This document shows, piece after piece, positions 53,981 to 64,000 of a stretch of 64,000 bases of DNA (its first letter is position 1; every line of letters starts with the position of its first letter). Source of the DNA: a virus; IMG/VR virus record IMGVR_UViG_3300021963_005690, positions 19,584 through 83,583 of that record, one strand, 5' to 3'. The notes beneath the pieces are model-generated. The model did no database searches, was not told the origin of the DNA, and saw nothing but the letters and a program-made list of their open reading frames with translations. A program made the position numbers and the translations under genes.

Positions 53981-56900
53981 TCACACCTGCTTATTAATAA
54001 GTTGCTTTAATTCATCAATTTGCAATTGTTGTTCTTTTATTGCCTCTACTAGTAAACCAATAACACCGCTATAATTTAATGATAATATACCATTATTATG
54101 TTTTACTGCGTTTGGTAATACTTTCTCAACATCTTGTGCTATCAATCCGGCACTTGATTCATTGCTATCAATAAAATTAAAAGTTACACCGTTCAATGTT
54201 AATACTTTACTTAACGCATTTGTTATTATTTCTATATTACTTTTCTTATTTTTGTCAGAAAGTGAATTGAATATAATAGCATTCAATTGACCACTGAGTG
54301 GATTAAAGTATAAATCAGCGGCTGATACGTTAGCAGTAGCCAATGATCCAGAAGTTATAGTAGATAATATAGGATAATAAGCATTACTATTAGTTGTAGT
54401 ATCATCTGTGATAGTAATGCCTCCACCGCCTCCACTAGCATTAGCCCAAGTTAATACACCTGAACCATTTGTTTGTAAAAACTGATTTGCAGTACCACCA
54501 GTGATAACTACATTTCCCACTGGACCTAAATTACTTTGACCACTTACCTGTAATGTTCCTGCAACATTAACACCCGTAGTTGTAATAGTCATTACATTTG
54601 CAGTGCCACCTACACCAACAGTTACATTGCCACCACTGGCTGCAATATTAACATTACTTGTGCCGTTACTTATAGAAGCACCGCCTCCACCTGATTGTGC
54701 AACCCAAGTTAAATTGCCTGCACCATCAGTTCTTAGAACATATCCAACAGTACCACCGGTTATTTTAACGGTAGTAACATCACCAAATGTAGCAGAGCCA
54801 GCATTTGCAATTAGATTTCCAGTGCCACCTGCACCAACTGTTAAGTCAGTACGTACACCGACTGCACCACCAACACTACCATAATATGGAAATAATGCCG
54901 CTGTACCGTCTAGACCTTGAATACTATTAGCTTTTACAAAGCCTGATGTACCTGATAATGTTATACTACTGTTAGGTCCAACTGTTAACGCAGTCAATGT
55001 ACCAACACTTGTTATATTTGGTTGTGCCGCCGTTGTTACTGTACCAGCAGTTGTTGCACTAGTTGCACTTGGCACTGTACCAGTTACATTACCACCTGCT
55101 AATTGACTTAAACCAGATCCATTACCAGTGAATACTCCTGTATTTGCCGTGATATTTGCGGCAGTTATGTTTCCATTAACATCTAACCCGGTTAATGTAC
55201 CAACACTAGTAATATTACCTTGTGCCGAGGCAGTTACTGTACCTGCTGTAGTTGCACTGCCGGCAGAACCTGATAATGTTCCAACAAATGTTGTGGCTGT
55301 TAATGCTCCATTTGCTAAGTTTGCACTAAATGCAGTATTACTTGCTAATGCATAATTACCATTTGAAGTAGCTGATATGAATGTTGGATAATATGTTCCG
55401 GTTGTTTGTACGTTATTAAGAACCGCACTTGCATTAGTTGCAGATGTTGCACTCGGTACAGTACCAGTTACATTTGAACCTTGAATGTTACTTAAATTAT
55501 TACCACTACCAATAAAGAAATTAGCGGTAGTTGCATTACCTAAGTTTGCATTACCTGCAGTTATGTTGCCACTAGTAGATAGATTACCAGTAATATTTGC
55601 ACCGGTACTTGTAACAGTCATTACATTTGCAGTGCCACCTACACCAACAGTTACATTGCCACCACTGGCTGCAATATTAACATTACTTGTGCCGTTACTT
55701 ATAGAAGCACCGCCTCCTCCACCTGATTGTGCTATCCAACTTAGTGTACCTGATCCATCAGTACTTAGTACATATCCACCAGTACCGCCTGATATATGTA
55801 AATTAGCGACAGCCCCCAATGTAACGTTACCGGTAGTTGTAAAATCAACTATACCTGTTGCATTACTTACTGTTAATCCGGTTAAGCTTCCTACAGATGT
55901 AATATTACCTTGTGCCGCAGTATAAACAGTACCTGCTATTACTGCATTAGCTACTTGTCCAGTAACGTTTCCGCCGGCTACACTATTTGCAGTTGTTGCA
56001 TATGTAGCTAGGTTAGCTGTACCATAAAGATTGCCAGTGAAGAAGTTAGCTGTTACATTATTACCTAAGGTAGTATTGCCAGATACATTTAATGTACCTG
56101 TAATATTTGCACCAGTGCCGGTAACTACAACTATATTTGCATTACCAACTGCACTAATGTTTACATTACCATTAGCACTTGGAATATCTACATTACTATT
56201 GCCATTTACAATAGAAGATGTGTTCGCCGCTCCTGTACCAACAACAGTAAATGTACCACCTAAGGGATTAGTTAATGTAATTCCACTAGCATTAGCAGTT
56301 ATAGTAGCACCATTAATATCAATGGTAGAACCGGAAATATATAAATCTTTAAAACGTTGTGTTGCGCTACCCAAACTGTATGTAATATTAGCACTTGGTA
56401 AAATATTACCTGATACAGTTAAACTACTTAATGTACCAACACTTGTTATATTTGGCTGTGCTGCCGTTGTCAACGTACCGGTAAAGTAATTAGCTGATGC
56501 GGCATTACCTAAACTAGCATTACCAGATGTGATATTACCACTAGCAATAAAAGTATTAGCTGAAATAACATTAACATTGCTAACGTTACCACCTGAACCA
56601 GATGTAACAATATTACCAACAGTAGCATTACCTGTTACTGTTAAATTACTTAATGTACCTACATTAGTTACTTGAGATTGATTTGCATTTACACTAAAAG
56701 TACTTCCAGTTAATGTTAATCCCGTACCTGCTTGATATGTACCAGCACCACTAAATTGGGTGAACTCAATATTATTGCCTACTGTACCAATAGCACTTAC
56801 TGTACTTGTTTGTACCCATCCGGTATTATCATATAATGTACCACCGGTAACAAATACGAAATCGCCGGCTTCTACTTCAGGCACACTATTATAATCAGTT

Positions 56901-59158
56901 GCACGTGTAATTACAGTAGCGTTACTCCATGTATATATACCATTATATACGGCATTTGCTTCGTTCTTAACTAATATACGAGTACCTGATGTTTGAACAT
57001 TAACACCATCTATTAAATTAAAAGTACCGGTTGTAGTTAAATTAGCACCTACTCCACTTGATCCATTATTATAAGTGATTGTACCACTAGTAACGTTTGC
57101 CAATGTATCTGTAGTAGCGGCTGCTACAGCATCGTGTACATTTAGTCCCTGAGCAACATCATCAACATATTGTTTAGTTGCGGCATCTGTACTTGCATTT
57201 GGTGTAGCTAAGTTAGTGATGTTAAAACTATTTAAGTTTACATTACCACTGAATGATCCAGTACCTGATACTACTAGACTTGTTAGTGTACCTACTGAAG
57301 TTATATTTGGTTGTGCCGCAGTTGTTACAGTACCGGCTGTAGTTGCACTTGATGCTGAGTTGGCTGTTCCATAGAAGTTACCAATAAAGTAATTAGCTGT
57401 TACTGCATTACCTAAATTAGCATTACCGGCTGTTATATTACCACTTGCTGTAAAAGTATTTGCACTAATGACATTTGCATTACTAATGTTACCACCTGTA
57501 CCATTACCTGCAATAAAGTTATTAGCTGTTATATTACCACTTGCAATAAATGTATTAGCTGAGATGACATTAACATTACTAACGTTACCTCCTGACCCAG
57601 ATGTAACTATATTACCAACTGTAGCATTTCCTGTTACATTTAATGTGCCTGCGATGTTTGCGCCAGTTCCGGTAACTACAACTATATTTGCATTACCAAC
57701 GGCACTAATGTTTACATTGCCATTAGCACTTGGAATATTTACATTACTATTTCCATTACTAATGTTACTTGTAGAACCAGAGGTTACTGTAGACCATGTT
57801 AATGTTCCTGTCCCATCTGTCTGTAAATATTGACCATTACTTCCACCCGTGATACGAACATTACCTACTACACCCAAAGATACATTAGCAGTATTAGATA
57901 AATTAACAACCCCGGATGAATTGCTTACTGTCAAACCAAGCAATGATCCAACACTTGTTATATTTGGTTGTGCCGCAGTTGTTACTGTGCCTGCTGTAGT
58001 TGCTGTAGTTGCTGAGTTAGCTGTACCATAGAAGTTACCAATAAAGTAATTAGCTGATGCGGCATTACCTAAATTAGCATTACCTGATGTAATGTTACCT
58101 GACGCAGTAAATGTATTAGCTGAGATGACATTTGCATTGGTGATATTACCACCTGTACCATTACCTGCAATAAAGTTATTAGCTGTAATGTTGCCACTAG
58201 CGACAAATGTATTTGCTGATATAACGTTAACATTGCTAACGTTACCACCGGATCCGGATGTAACTATATTACCAACAGTAGCATTACCGGTTACATTTAA
58301 TGTACCCGCAACATTAACGCCAGTTCCAGTAACTATTAAGATATTTGCATTACCAACTGCACTAATGTTTACATTGCCATTTGCTGATGGAATATTTACA
58401 TTACTATTTCCATTACTAATATTGCTTGTAGAACCACTATTTACGGTAGACCAAGATAATACACCAGAACCGTCTGTTTGTAAATATTGACCATTACTTC
58501 CACCTGTAATTTTTACATTACCGACTGGACCTAATGATACATTACTTGCACCAATTAAGTTAGCAGTACCTGTACTTGTTAAACCAGTTAGTGTGCCGAC
58601 ACTTGTTATATTTGGTTGTGCCGCGGTCGTTACAGTACCGGCTGTAGTTGCTGAGTTAGCTGTACCATATAAATTACCAATAAAGTAATTAGCTGAGACT
58701 GCGTTACCCAAATTAGCATTACCAGATGTGATATTACCACTTACACTTAAACTACTTAATGTACCAATTGAGGTTATATTTGGTTGAGCTGCCGTTGTTA
58801 GTGAACCACCCAATGTTGTTGCTAGTACATCTGTGGCACCCAAATTGCCTACATTAGCATTACCTGTACTGTTTAATGTGCCGGATACATTTACGCCCGT
58901 ACCAGTAACAGTGAATATATTACTATTTCCTGCAACACTTGTAGTTACATTTCCGTTAGCAATAACAGTTACATTGCTATTACCATTGACAATAGTATTA
59001 CCCGCACTTACAGTAATACCCGTTAATAAACTACCATTACCAATAAAAAAGTTAGCAGTAGCCGCATTTCCTAAATTAGCATTAGTTGTGGTAATATTGG
59101 CAAAGGTGTAATTAGCGGTTGTATCTAAATTGAACGGTTGTAATTTTGTAATTGCCAT
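53981..59158 (-). CDS. long tail fibre with C-terminal intramolecular chaperone (peptidase S74)
   Basis: G/N/T/S-rich repeats (AAQPNITSVGTL); SD...K.NI, GLIAQDVE.VLP, Y..VIGLLVEAIKE. Confidence 0.92.
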   Translation of the reverse strand: MAITKLQPFNLDTTANYTFANITTTNANLGNAATANFFIGNGSLLTGITVSAGNTIVNGNSNVTVIANGNVTTSVAGNSNIFTVTGTGVNVSGTLNSTGNANVGNLGATDVLATTLGGSLTTAAQPNITSIGTLSSLSVSGNITSGNANLGNAVSANYFIGNLYGTANSATTAGTVTTAAQPNITSVGTLTGLTSTGTANLIGASNVSLGPVGNVKITGGSNGQYLQTDGSGVLSWSTVNSGSTSNISNGNSNVNIPSANGNVNISAVGNANILIVTGTGVNVAGTLNVTGNATVGNIVTSGSGGNVSNVNVISANTFVASGNITANNFIAGNGTGGNITNANVISANTFTASGNITSGNANLGNAASANYFIGNFYGTANSATTATTAGTVTTAAQPNITSVGSLLGLTVSNSSGVVNLSNTANVSLGVVGNVRITGGSNGQYLQTDGTGTLTWSTVTSGSTSNISNGNSNVNIPSANGNVNISAVGNANIVVVTGTGANIAGTLNVTGNATVGNIVTSGSGGNVSNVNVISANTFIASGNITANNFIAGNGTGGNISNANVISANTFTASGNITAGNANLGNAVTANYFIGNFYGTANSASSATTAGTVTTAAQPNITSVGTLTSLVVSGTGSFSGNVNLNSFNITNLATPNASTDAATKQYVDDVAQGLNVHDAVAAATTDTLANVTSGTITYNNGSSGVGANLTTTGTFNLIDGVNVQTSGTRILVKNEANAVYNGIYTWSNATVITRATDYNSVPEVEAGDFVFVTGGTLYDNTGWVQTSTVSAIGTVGNNIEFTQFSGAGTYQAGTGLTLTGSTFSVNANQSQVTNVGTLSNLTVTGNATVGNIVTSGSGGNVSNVNVISANTFIASGNITSGNASLGNAASANYFTGTLTTAAQPNITSVGTLSSLTVSGNILPSANITYSLGSATQRFKDLYISGSTIDINGATITANASGITLTNPLGGTFTVVGTGAANTSSIVNGNSNVDIPSANGNVNISAVGNANIVVVTGTGANITGTLNVSGNTTLGNNVTANFFTGNLYGTANLATYATTANSVAGGNVTGQVANAVIAGTVYTAAQGNITSVGSLTGLTVSNATGIVDFTTTGNVTLGAVANLHISGGTGGYVLSTDGSGTLSWIAQSGGGGGASISNGTSNVNIAASGGNVTVGVGGTANVMTVTSTGANITGNLSTSGNITAGNANLGNATTANFFIGSGNNLSNIQGSNVTGTVPSATSATNASAVLNNVQTTGTYYPTFISATSNGNYALASNTAFSANLANGALTATTFVGTLSGSAGSATTAGTVTASAQGNITSVGTLTGLDVNGNITAANITANTGVFTGNGSGLSQLAGGNVTGTVPSATSATTAGTVTTAAQPNITSVGTLTALTVGPNSSITLSGTSGFVKANSIQGLDGTAALFPYYGSVGGAVGVRTDLTVGAGGTGNLIANAGSATFGDVTTVKITGGTVGYVLRTDGAGNLTWVAQSGGGGASISNGTSNVNIAASGGNVTVGVGGTANVMTITTTGVNVAGTLQVSGQSNLGPVGNVVITGGTANQFLQTNGSGVLTWANASGGGGGITITDDTTTNSNAYYPILSTITSGSLATANVSAADLYFNPLSGQLNAIIFNSLSDKNKKSNIEIITNALSKVLTLNGVTFNFIDSNESSAGLIAQDVEKVLPNAVKHNNGILSLNYSGVIGLLVEAIKEQQLQIDELKQLINKQV
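54587..55717. repeat. ~100-bp exact direct repeat inside the tail fibre gene (54587-54688 and 55616-55717)
   Basis: identical AGTCATTACATTTGCAGTGCC...GAAGCACCGCCTCC. Confidence 0.85.
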
Positions 59159-59237
59159 GCATTGTTTCTCTTATTAGTATAATTAGATTAATTGTATAAT
59201 CCCATATATGTATTTAATCCAATTTGTTCCGTAATAG

Positions 59238-59591
59238 TTACGCTGTCAATTCAATCCAAGACGTAGTTTCTTCATCCCAATTATATATTTTATCATCATT
59301 TGGCATTGGTATAGGAGCTTCCCATAAGCATGTTTCTTCATTTAATACCCAACTATTATATGGTGTCGGAGGTATAAATGCATCTCTAGTACTATCATAT
59401 GTATAGCCTATACCAGCATAGTTTTTACGTAATGGTGTACCACCTTGTGAGTGTACACCAGCATGTGTATTATAGCTTGTTTGAATCCAGCTATTTGGAT
59501 CACCAAATAGACCAGTATCTACAACATCTTGTTCTATTACGATTACTTGTGTAACGACGTTATTTTCATCTATTTGTGCAAAATGACTCAT
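59238..59591 (-). CDS. conserved phage protein, tail-fibre associated
   Basis: MSHFAQID..N.V, WIQTSYN, RKNYAGIGYTYD..RDAFIPP.PY.SW. Confidence 0.8.
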   Translation of the reverse strand: MSHFAQIDENNVVTQVIVIEQDVVDTGLFGDPNSWIQTSYNTHAGVHSQGGTPLRKNYAGIGYTYDSTRDAFIPPTPYNSWVLNEETCLWEAPIPMPNDDKIYNWDEETTSWIELTA

Positions 59592-59609
59592 TTGTTTATT
59601 TTCCTTTAA

Positions 59610-60518
59610 TTAAAATGTTATTGAACCTGAGCTGGTATATTTATATACTCTATATCCACCTGCAGTTGTTATTGTTGGACTACCAGTGGTTGATGTTGCG
59701 GCTGCGTATGTATCTGAGTAACGAATGATTACGATACCAGAGCCGCCGGTTGCACCATATTGTCCTGCATTTCCAGCACCACCATTACCACCACCGCCAC
59801 CACCGCCACCGGTATTTGCGGTACCGGTTGTACCGTCAGAGGTGCCCTTACCGCCAGCCCCACCGCCACCATTGCCACCTGCTCCGGCAGCAGTGGCTTG
59901 GTATCCTGCACCGCCACCGCCTCCTCCACCATAGTATGTTGCTGTACCGGATATTGATGTTTGTATACCTATACCTCCGGCGCCACCGCCTGTAGGATTT
60001 ACACCAGTTGTTCCGTTTGCACCAGCACCACCACCACCTCCGCCGCCGTCAGTATAATCACCATTATCAGATCCATTGCCACCATTGTAGCCTTGTCTAG
60101 GAGGGCCCGCAGTTCCAAGAGCACCGTCACCACCACCTGTTCTATCAGCACCACCTCCGCCGGATCCACCTCCTCCACCGTTACCTGGTCCAGCACTTAA
60201 GTGGCCACCGCCGAAGCCACCTCCCAATGATGTAATAGATCCAAATACAGAATTACTACCGGCGTAACCCGAATCACTAGTACTAGGTGACCCGCCACCT
60301 CCGGCACCAACGGTTACTGTAATTGCAGAGCTTGCAGACACGGTATATCCGGTATTAGTTAAATATCCGCCGGCGCCGCCACCTCCACCATTCCAACCAC
60401 CACCACCACCACCGCCGGCAACTACAAGATATTCTACTGTGGGTGTAACTGCAGGTGCGCCACCGCCCGAAATAGTTAGTCCACCGTCTGATATTGTTAA
60501 TCCACTTAATATTGCCAT
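59610..60518 (-). CDS. glycine-rich domain virion protein
   Basis: VEYLVVAGGGGGG, ANTGGGGGG, GGSGIVIIRY. Confidence 0.85.
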   Translation of the reverse strand: MAILSGLTISDGGLTISGGGAPAVTPTVEYLVVAGGGGGGGWNGGGGGAGGYLTNTGYTVSASSAITVTVGAGGGGSPSTSDSGYAGSNSVFGSITSLGGGFGGGHLSAGPGNGGGGGSGGGGADRTGGGDGALGTAGPPRQGYNGGNGSDNGDYTDGGGGGGGAGANGTTGVNPTGGGAGGIGIQTSISGTATYYGGGGGGGAGYQATAAGAGGNGGGGAGGKGTSDGTTGTANTGGGGGGGGNGGAGNAGQYGATGGSGIVIIRYSDTYAAATSTTGSPTITTAGGYRVYKYTSSGSITF

Positions 60519-60536
60519 AATTTACCTTTATTTTTA

Positions 60537-60587
60537 TTAAAACAGAACCTTACTAATAGTTAGTCCGCCGTCTATTTGTAATGTCAT
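60537..60587 (-). pseudogene. 16-codon remnant of a paralogous fibre gene (MTLQIDGGLTISKVLF)
   Basis: AAGGA RBS; DGGLTIS identical to the N-terminus of 59610-60518. Confidence 0.55.
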
Positions 60588-60621
60588 ATTATATCCTTTT
60601 TATTTTAGTGTGTTGTTAATT

Positions 60622-61263
60622 TTAAGATCCGTAACTTGCGGCTGCAAGATACCATCTAGCAGTACCTACACCTGTTGTATTACTTGCAACAACACCGGTG
60701 TTTGATACTAAATTGGTTATTGACGTATAATTAGTACTATATCCATAACCAAATATTGCTTTATCTGTGCCATAACCTACGGCTGCTAATCCATTTCTAT
60801 CAGTACCACCGCCTGCAGTATCTGTAGAAACAACTCCAGTATTTGATACTAAGTTGGTTATTGAAGTTAATCCAGAATTTTGTTCACCATATCCAAATAT
60901 AGCTTTTCTAACCGGTATTGCTGATTCAGTAGTGATACTATTACTTGATGCACTAGGTACACTTGTACCATTACTATTAGTAGCAGTTACAGTAAATGTA
61001 TAACTTGTACTTGCGGTTAATCCAGAAACAGTAATAGTACCACTGCCGGCTTGACTTAGTGTACCAGTGATACCGCCGGGATTGCTTGTTGCTGTATAAC
61101 TTGTTATAGTACTTGAGCCACCGTTACTTGGAGCAGTAAATGCTACTGTAGCTGTAGTTGACCCTGTAGCTGTTGCAGAACCTATTGTTGGTGCATCGGG
61201 AACAAAGGTTGGTTGAATGTCCCAACCCCCTGATATTGTTATTCCTGAAAAAGTTAATGCCAT
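60622..61263 (-). CDS. fibronectin type III domain virion protein with C-terminal repeats
   Basis: PDAPT...FTAP..GGS.IT.Y, GL...TSYTFTVTATN; two AIFGYG...TNLVSNTGVV repeats. Confidence 0.85.
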   Translation of the reverse strand: MALTFSGITISGGWDIQPTFVPDAPTIGSATATGSTTATVAFTAPSNGGSSTITSYTATSNPGGITGTLSQAGSGTITVSGLTASTSYTFTVTATNSNGTSVPSASSNSITTESAIPVRKAIFGYGEQNSGLTSITNLVSNTGVVSTDTAGGGTDRNGLAAVGYGTDKAIFGYGYSTNYTSITNLVSNTGVVASNTTGVGTARWYLAAASYGS

Positions 61264-61314
61264 TATGTGTTATCCTATACTATATTTAGTATTGCAATCA
61301 TTGATCGTATTACA

Positions 61315-64000
61315 TTAATATGTCGGGAACGCACTTGTTGATGGTGTGAAGTTACTGGTGTAACGTGCATAACCTTTTGTTATTCTTAAATCGTCTAAGT
61401 AACCGTTGATAGGCTCGGATCCGTTATTTGCGGCACCTATTCCTACTGGTTGAACTGTTGCTGAAATATTAACCGAACCAGTATGAGTATTAGTTTGCAA
61501 TACTCCGCCAACAAACATACGTGTTACTCCGGAAGCTCTTGTTATTGCTACGTGCGTCCAAGTATTAGCCGTAATACCAGTGTTGCCCACTAGTGTGATC
61601 GGGACACTATCGCCCGCCCTAAATAACAATACATTCGGTGTACCTGCACGTGTAGCACAGTAGAAATTAACACTACTTGCCCAAGTGAGGTAGCTTGCCA
61701 TCCAAACTGTATCTCCACTGAACGATACTTGATATAACCAGCATTCAATAGTAAAGTCACCTGTTCCAAACGCAAAATTTTGGAACTGTGTTGATGGAAT
61801 ATATAAGTAATCCCCCGTACCATCAAAACTCATACTACTTCCACCAAACTTACTTACTGCTGTACTTAGTTTAGCATCGGCAACAGTTTCCATTGTAGTC
61901 ATCATTGCGGCATCATAAACACCAGCACTGGTCATATTAGATAGTAACGTTGTATTTTGTATTGCTGTTAGTGGTTGTGATGGTGGTACAAAGTTACTGG
62001 TGTATATAGATGTACCTACAACAAATCGCAAATCAGCAATATATCCCGTGTAGGTAATCCCGTTGTATCCAATGGCAATATAGCGAATCGAAAAAGTTCC
62101 AGATTGCGTCCCTTGAGATGTCGTCAAGCTCACGCCATTTACAAACACTTTTACGGTCGTACCTGAACGAGTCATGGCCACGTGATACCAAGTGTTGGGA
62201 ACAAATGTGTACGCTGCAGTCACTACGGTGGCAGAACCAGTGCCAAATTGTGCTTCAACACCTGAAGCATTAATCCCTAGATAGTCACTGGCGCTTGCAT
62301 CAATATTTCCACCACATAACATTCTAAAACCGGACACAGCAATCGTGGTGTTAAACCAGCACTCAAGTGTGAAATCACCGAGGGCAGAAATTAAACTAGG
62401 TACACTTAAATAATCCCCAGTACCATCAAAGTAACCACTACCGCCGATTGTACTAACACTATAGCCATTAGTTGTTGCACTAGTATAACCGAATGGGTTT
62501 TGTTGTGTTGGTTGACTATTACCATACGCTGTAATCGTAAAGTTGTTTGTGCTGTTATCTATAAATGTTGGTGATTGTAATGTTAACAATGATACTTGAC
62601 TTGCGGTAGCACCTTGGCTTGTTGTAGTCAATGGAGTTGTGCTTGGTGTAAATGTAGTAGTATACAGTGCAGTGCCTTTAATAACTCGCAAATTAGAAAA
62701 ATAACCAATAACATCAGATGGGCTATACAAAGGCGAAACACCTATATGGGGAACTGGTGTGTCAGAAAAGTTGTTAGCTTTTGTAAATGTCCCATTTAAT
62801 ACGCCATTTGAAAATAATCTGACTGTTGTTCCACTTCTAGTAACCGCACAATGATTCCAAACATTGTAGTTAAGAACAGTTGAGCCTAAATTAAACCCAC
62901 CATCGGTGTAGAAATTTAACTGATACCCTATACCAGTTGGGTTCATGTTAAAAACAAAACCGGTACTTGTTGATTCAGTTGAGCGCAATTCAATGATCAC
63001 ATCATTGTAAGCATGAACCAAAGGTGTGTTTACCCAACATTCAATCGTAAAGTCGCCTGTACCCATAGCAAAAGCGGAATTGCTAGGCACAGTCAAATAA
63101 TCTCCCGTACCATCAAAATAACCACTATAACTTGTTGGTGTTACTGATGATGGATTGAATGGACTAAATCGTTGTACGGTTGGTGAACCAGTTATAGTAA
63201 CTGCATATGCATTTATACTAGTATCAATAAAACGAGGTGATTGACAAGTCAATAAACTTGTGTTGGTAATTGCTGTTAGTGGTGTTGTGCTTGGTGTAAA
63301 GGTTGAAGTGTAAACTGCCGTGCCGTTAACAATGCGTAAATTACTAATATAACCATTATATCCACCCGATGCTCCGGGATCACGACCAATATATGTAGTT
63401 TCTAAAGCACCAACAGTCGCAGAATTTGTGTAGGTTGATGCATCAGCAACACCATTAATATAAATCTTAGCTATGCCTGAGCTTCTTACTAATGCTATGT
63501 GAGTCCAGGTGTTTAACGAAACAGTAAGAGATGTTGTTATTCTTACTGATGCTGGTGTGTAGTAAACAACTTGCCCACTAGTGTTAACCCACAACTCCCA
63601 TGTCTGTCCAATAATAACACCACTGTTTGCCAAACTTGTTACATACACCCAGCATTCAACTGTGAAGTCAGCAGTCATTGCTTGAATTGTTGTTTGAATA
63701 TAGTTTGATTGGCCGTTATTAAAGTAGTTACTCCAGTTACCACCATAAGGACTAAATGTACCTTGAGTAGTATTACCTGCTCTTGTTACTAAAAAGTTAT
63801 TAGTACTGTTATCTAAGAATACACTATTGTTTACTGATTGATTGTTTTGTAATGTTAATAAACTTGTATTTGCTATAGCGGTTAGTGGACTTGTAGGTGG
63901 GGTGAATGTTGTGGTATAGACTGCTGTACCTTTAACTACACGCAAATCAGTAACATATCCTAACAAGAATCCACCAACACCTTCACCCAAACAACCTATA
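61315..64000 (-). CDS. multi-LamG/concanavalin-A-like domain tail protein, 5' end outside the window
   Basis: repeated FDGTGDYL, DFTIECW, W.H.A..R, GYI..LR...G.A.YT. Confidence 0.9.
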   Translation of the reverse strand, partial: IGCLGEGVGGFLLGYVTDLRVVKGTAVYTTTFTPPTSPLTAIANTSLLTLQNNQSVNNSVFLDNSTNNFLVTRAGNTTQGTFSPYGGNWSNYFNNGQSNYIQTTIQAMTADFTVECWVYVTSLANSGVIIGQTWELWVNTSGQVVYYTPASVRITTSLTVSLNTWTHIALVRSSGIAKIYINGVADASTYTNSATVGALETTYIGRDPGASGGYNGYISNLRIVNGTAVYTSTFTPSTTPLTAITNTSLLTCQSPRFIDTSINAYAVTITGSPTVQRFSPFNPSSVTPTSYSGYFDGTGDYLTVPSNSAFAMGTGDFTIECWVNTPLVHAYNDVIIELRSTESTSTGFVFNMNPTGIGYQLNFYTDGGFNLGSTVLNYNVWNHCAVTRSGTTVRLFSNGVLNGTFTKANNFSDTPVPHIGVSPLYSPSDVIGYFSNLRVIKGTALYTTTFTPSTTPLTTTSQGATASQVSLLTLQSPTFIDNSTNNFTITAYGNSQPTQQNPFGYTSATTNGYSVSTIGGSGYFDGTGDYLSVPSLISALGDFTLECWFNTTIAVSGFRMLCGGNIDASASDYLGINASGVEAQFGTGSATVVTAAYTFVPNTWYHVAMTRSGTTVKVFVNGVSLTTSQGTQSGTFSIRYIAIGYNGITYTGYIADLRFVVGTSIYTSNFVPPSQPLTAIQNTTLLSNMTSAGVYDAAMMTTMETVADAKLSTAVSKFGGSSMSFDGTGDYLYIPSTQFQNFAFGTGDFTIECWLYQVSFSGDTVWMASYLTWASSVNFYCATRAGTPNVLLFRAGDSVPITLVGNTGITANTWTHVAITRASGVTRMFVGGVLQTNTHTGSVNISATVQPVGIGAANNGSEPINGYLDDLRITKGYARYTSNFTPSTSAFPTY

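Noticed and set aside
54603-60200. Many plus-strand ORFs in the track opposite fibre and Gly-rich genes
   Set aside because: Antisense shadows of repetitive codon usage.
1-64000. Stop-codon reassignment
   Set aside because: Conserved genes are full length in code 11 and there is no CTA or TCA suppressor tRNA.

Overview
AT-rich segment of a large lytic tailed phage genome (jumbo/T4-like myovirus style), read in the standard genetic code. A betaproteobacterial host is suggested by Bug/TctC, IscU and RpoZ homologues (inference). Layout: (1) 0-6 kb small early and hypothetical genes. (2) 6.2-16.4 kb minus-strand array of 25 tRNA genes covering 19 amino acids (no Phe seen), interleaved with homing endonucleases, an rpoZ homologue, antisense cargo genes and about ten structured non-coding elements. 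(3) 16.4-17.1 kb leader of that array. (4) 17-26 kb enzyme cluster: radical SAM, PP-loop ATPases, TctC, hydroxylase, desaturase. (5) rubredoxin/rubrerythrin/IscU, SleB hydrolase, PAAR and nrdAB. (6) 39.6-48.4 kb heptose-like sugar-nucleotide and modification genes. (7) 48.5-64 kb RCC1-repeat, tail-fibre, FN3 and LamG genes. The top candidate for an undescribed system is a ribosome-coupled transcription attenuator at 16761-17070, missed by the ORF track. A 45-codon leader peptide uses all 20 amino acids and 33 distinct codons, and its last codons form an antiterminator mutually exclusive with an intrinsic terminator directly upstream of a small gene and the tRNA array. This would act as a pan-tRNA shortage sensor that switches on phage tRNAs. 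Other strong observations are a duplicated ~200-nt tRNA-trailer ncRNA, a family of long-stem RNAs, and endonuclease cassettes that appear to replace the tRNA gene they broke. All structures were folded by eye and no database search was run.
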